Shown: positions 60,059 through 64,000 of the stretch, piece by piece
Layout: every line of letters begins with the position of its first letter
Numbering within the stretch: position 1 is the stretch's first letter
Assembly: GCF_009914755.1 (NCBI RefSeq)
Contig: NC_060925.1
Length of the DNA: 64,000 nt
Direction: 5' to 3' (one strand)
Origin: the human T2T-CHM13v2.0 reference genome, Homo sapiens
Program-made: the position numbers and the translations under genes
Notes under the pieces: generated by a model
Told to the model about the DNA's origin: nothing
Seen by the model: the letters and a program-made list of their open reading frames with translations, nothing else
Database searches by the model: none

Positions 60059-60439
60059 CTCCCTCTGTTTTTTAAGACAGGTGCGTGTGGGCGCAGGAGG
60101 CGGAGGGCCCTTATGCTGCCCTGGCATTTTGGAGGAGCAGGGAAATGAGATAAAGCTGCAAAATGACTCCCTAAAAGTTGGCCCCAAGCCAGTGCGGGCG
60201 ACGGTGTCAGCCACCCTTGGTTCATTTTCTACACGAGGCCCCACACGGCCCCGGAGCTGGAGCTTCTACCGAAGGGTTGCCCTCTGTCCCCTTCTCGGCT
60301 TCCTCTGCAGAGGGGCTCAGAGCCAGTCCAGTCAGACCTGCGAGGCCTGGGCTGTGGCTGCTGTGGCTTTGCCAGCATCTATTGTCTAAGAGGGCTGGGG
60401 AAGCTCACTGTTTGAAACACACACACACAACAGAACATA

Positions 60440-60870
60440 AATCAGAGGCAGAATCTTTTAACATTTACAGTTTTAAGTGAAATTCCTGTTGAGAGTCTCT
60501 TAAGCTAGATTTATATCTGATTTTGCATTGAACTGTGTCGTTATGTGGGGCTGAGAAACTCTTACGAAATTAAGCATAATGCGAAAACATGCTGAAAAGA
60601 CAGTTCTGTAGAAATGTGAAACATTATTATGTTATAGAATATTGGAGTGAAGAAATACGCATAAAGGCACAATTACCATGGACATTTTCCTTTTAATGAT
60701 CCTTGTACAATCCTTGGCAGAAAGGTTTGCTGACGTCTCCTCGTAGATAAAGGAAAATTGAGACGATATTGATATTCTACATCCGTTTTGAATTCCAAAG
60801 AATATCAGGAGAGCGAACCAGTCTGTCTTCATATTCAAAACAGCAAGGCCTAGACTATCTCGATACCTTG
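60440..60870. promoter_or_regulatory. Candidate conserved non-coding element
   Basis: Repeat-free AT-rich block with ~10 CpGs and a CRE-like TGACGTC at 60731-60737. Confidence 0.4.
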
Positions 60871-63333
60871 GGAGGATCTGTCATTAGTGTTTGGGGATTT
60901 GACTGAAGCCTCCACACTATGGACAGACCAAGTGGTGGCAATAATGTGTGCAGGGGTTAACGTCTGAATGCTCTGATCTGGAAGCTTCTAGAAGCTCCTA
61001 GAATGGGTTGAGGTTGTTGGATGCTTGTCCCTGGAGAGTTTTTAGGGTTTAAAGCATCTGTCTAGAATGTCTTGAGAGTGTCCTTGGGGATAGGGTGATA
61101 GAGGTGCTTGCTTGTCTAAGGTTTGTTCCAGGATACCCTGTTCAGCTTTGTTTTCCACAGGAGAATTCCCCTCCTCCAGCCTCTGACTTCTGCTGCCCTG
61201 GCTTAGGGCTAAGGGGATATTGATCATGGCCCCTGGGATTTTATCTTTCCTTTCAGTCTCCAGAATGACTCCCAAAGCAGATGCTGCTTCTCTTGCCTCC
61301 TCGTCCCCCTTCCCTGGGCTGCCCTGGCACCATAGCCTGGGTACCCAGTGTACCATGGAGTGTGGGCAGAAACGCTGTTTCTTCCTCTTGTTCCTGGCCG
61401 ACCTTCTTCTCTTGGCTGGGACTTGTGATTCCAGTGGGGGGAAAGGAGCCCAGTTTCCCTGCCTCTCCCTGTTCAGCCCTGGAGCAGCTGGAGCAGGGCT
61501 GGTGGTGGCGCTGAGATCGCAAGCCTTCCAGAAACCCTTCCTCCCCCTGAGCTCATGGCAGGTCCCCTGGCAGGGGGAAAGCTTTTGCTAAAAACCTCCC
61601 TGAGCCCGTGCCCTCTAAGCCTGGCATTGAGATGCCACCAGCTGGTCGGGGGAGGGGGAGCAGCAGCCGAGATGCCGCCCCAGGTTGGAGCGCGGAGGCC
61701 TTTCGCATTTGCTCTGGAAGCATCATCTGAGAAGCCCTAGCGGGTTTTGCTCAGGGTCAGGTGACAGCCAGTCTCCTCCCTTCAGTAGGGCTGGCAGCAG
61801 CTCCCGACTCACAGTTCCTTCTCTTCTGCTCTTCTCAGAACCTCTTAAAGGACCTCTAGGCGTTTGTTACCTAGAGTTGCTTGAAATTAAGCTATTTAAT
61901 TCTAATTTGGCTGTGCAATGTCTGATTCTTGACCACCAGAGGTCACTGTAATAAGGTAGAAAGCAGGTGTTTCTGAGAGTCTTCAATGTGTGGTTGCCTC
62001 AAGAAAACAAAATGAAATCAACCAAACCACCCCCCAAGTTTCTTCACTGGCCTGGGTGTGCTGCAGCGTGCTCTGGGGCATGGACACGCAGCCCCAGCTT
62101 TCTCACTTGTGGAAGGTCTGCCCAGCTGTGGAGCCTGGCAGGACGGGACAGGTGGCCACTTAGGGAACATTTGACTGCCAAGGCCGCTGGCACAGGCCTC
62201 TGGGCAGGCTTGCTTTCATAGGATGGTGGGTGCATCGGGGCCTCACTCAGAGGCAGGGGCCCTCCTCTTTCCCCCACCCTACGCTCACCCTGAGCTGCAT
62301 TCTCAAAGTCCATTTCTGGCAGCAACCTGGGGTTAGATTTTCTTAGGTTAATTAGGCTTGTCTGCCTTACCTTTCTGTGTGTGCACTTGAGTGTGTGCAT
62401 GTCTCTGTGTGTGAGTGTGTGTGCACGTGCCTGCTCCGTCAGGTGGGGTCAGTAATAGTGCTGTCCACCTACAGCTATTTGGTGTTAAAAGGAGATGGTG
62501 CATGATGTCGGGTGCTTAAAAGCACAGGGCTTGTTTTCCAGCTAGTGTCCGGGAAATGTGAGCCATCAAAATTCTCATCCAGAGGCTCGGCGGAAAACAT
62601 TTACCCCGTTGCAGAATGGCTTCGACTCTTTCTCAGACCCACCCTTCCTGTCCTCTTTGGTTGGTCATCTTCCTTATATGGTGACGTTTTTCAGTAGAAC
62701 GTAAGAAACGCCTGCCTTTATTAGCAGTGGCTCCTGAAGGTTGGTTCCAGGGAAGCTGTTTTCGTCTTCGGTGGGTGGCTCACGGGAGAACATTAGGGCC
62801 TTGGGGGTGCAGTTTGGCAGGCTTTGCATTTAGCAAATACTCGGGCCCTCAGGCTAGAGCTTTTGTGAGACTGCTCACGCACTGGTTTCTCTTCCAGCTC
62901 TAAATCCCCGAGTTGCCGGAACACAGAGAAATTAGAGATGCATGTGATCTCCGCAGGGGGCCAGGCAGCCAGGGGAGAGGGTGGTTCTGGATGCAGGAGC
63001 TCACATTCCTCACTGGGAACATTTGGAGGATATAGGTCTAGGGGAGGGTGACTGTATTACCTGGATCCTCCAGAGGGCCATTAGGGCTGCCAGCGGAGGT
63101 CAGGAGCAGTGATCTACGGGAGATGCTGCCGCCATCCCCTTCAGTGGGAATTTCTCCTGGATGTCTCTGCAGAAGGCACGTGGGTGTCACATATGCACAC
63201 ACATGCATGCACAGCGCATGGCTGGGGCTGCAGAGCAGGCGCCCCAGTGTCATGGACCCTGTGGCCACAGCTGCTGGGCCTGTTCACACACGGTTGGGAC
63301 TGGCCAAGGGTCTCACCCAGACTAGACGGGAAT

Positions 63334-63501
63334 GGGGGAGACCCAGAGAGACGCAGAGCAGTGCCGCTGGGGACCCCGGGGACTCAGAGCAGTGCCGCTG
63401 GGGACCCTGGGGACTCACAGCAGTACTGCTGGGGACGCCGAGGACGCAGAGCCGTGCCACTGGGGACCCCGGGAAAGCAGGGCAGTGCCACTGGGACCCA
63501 G
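63334..63501. repeat. 31-bp GC-rich minisatellite, ~5.3 copies
   Basis: Unit ggggaccccggggactcagagcagtgccgct starting at 63369, 63400, 63431, 63462 and 63493. Confidence 0.93.
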
Positions 63502-64000
63502 ATCATGCCCCTCTGCATGTAACCGATGGCACAAACACCAGGCCTTCAGCAGGGCCATAAGCATCTGAGGCTAGGAAGGCACATGCGTGATTAGCAGATG
63601 GGTGATGGGGCCTCTAGCGGGCAGATTCTGTGGTGGCGCTGAAACAGGAGACGTCCTCTCCGACCTTGGAGACCTGGCATTTGGAGCCTGAATGAGCCAG
63701 AGACAGGAAGCCTGTCCCTCCCCTCTCTGGGCGACCTTCCGAGGAGGCATCAGCTCTTCCCTTGCTTTGGGGAGGGAACTTACCCTGCGTGCAGTCCTCC
63801 TGCCCCCCTGCCTGGCGCATCTTTCCCCCTCACGTCCTCTCCCCCACTCCCTCCTCTTCCCGCCTGTGGTTTTCTTTCCCATTCCTGTCTGCCAGCAGTG
63901 CCTCCTCTCCCCATTAACATCCCGCCATTTTGATTAAAAAAAAAATCCCCCAAAATAAAAACTCATACTTGTTTCTATGGGCTTCCTATGTTTCTTTGGA

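Noticed and set aside
63334-63501. Regularly spaced ~31-bp repeats superficially like a CRISPR array
   Set aside because: Units are contiguous with no unique spacers, there are no cas genes, and the DNA is human; it is a minisatellite.

Overview
Human genomic DNA. The assignment rests on about 32 Alu elements, one of which is a 5'-truncated AluYb8, a human-specific subfamily. I find no supportable protein-coding exon, RNA gene, CpG-island promoter or CRISPR array. The ORF track is explained by Alu/L1 remnants, a (GGAT)n tract and GC-rich random frames. The window reads as a long intron or intergenic stretch. It holds Alus, old L1s (two large antisense blocks), L2, MIR, an L3/CR1 fossil, MaLR/ERVL solo LTRs, and hAT and Tc1/mariner DNA-transposon fossils. 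Between these lie several repeat-free, AT-rich blocks that retain CpGs and resemble conserved non-coding (enhancer-type) elements. The most unusual observations: (1) a 94-bp, ~97% identical non-repeat inverted duplication (3120-3213 vs 4209-4301) wedged into an Alu head; (2) a very young AluYb8 with a perfect 16-bp TSD; (3) a 5'-intact but 3'-truncated L1, still bounded by a TSD, inside a Charlie1 element; (4) the cluster of CNE-like blocks; (5) splice-competent candidate + strand exons. I cannot identify a host gene and see no evidence for a new multi-gene system. Repeat subfamily names come from recalled consensus features, not from a RepeatMasker run, and boundaries of old repeats are approximate.
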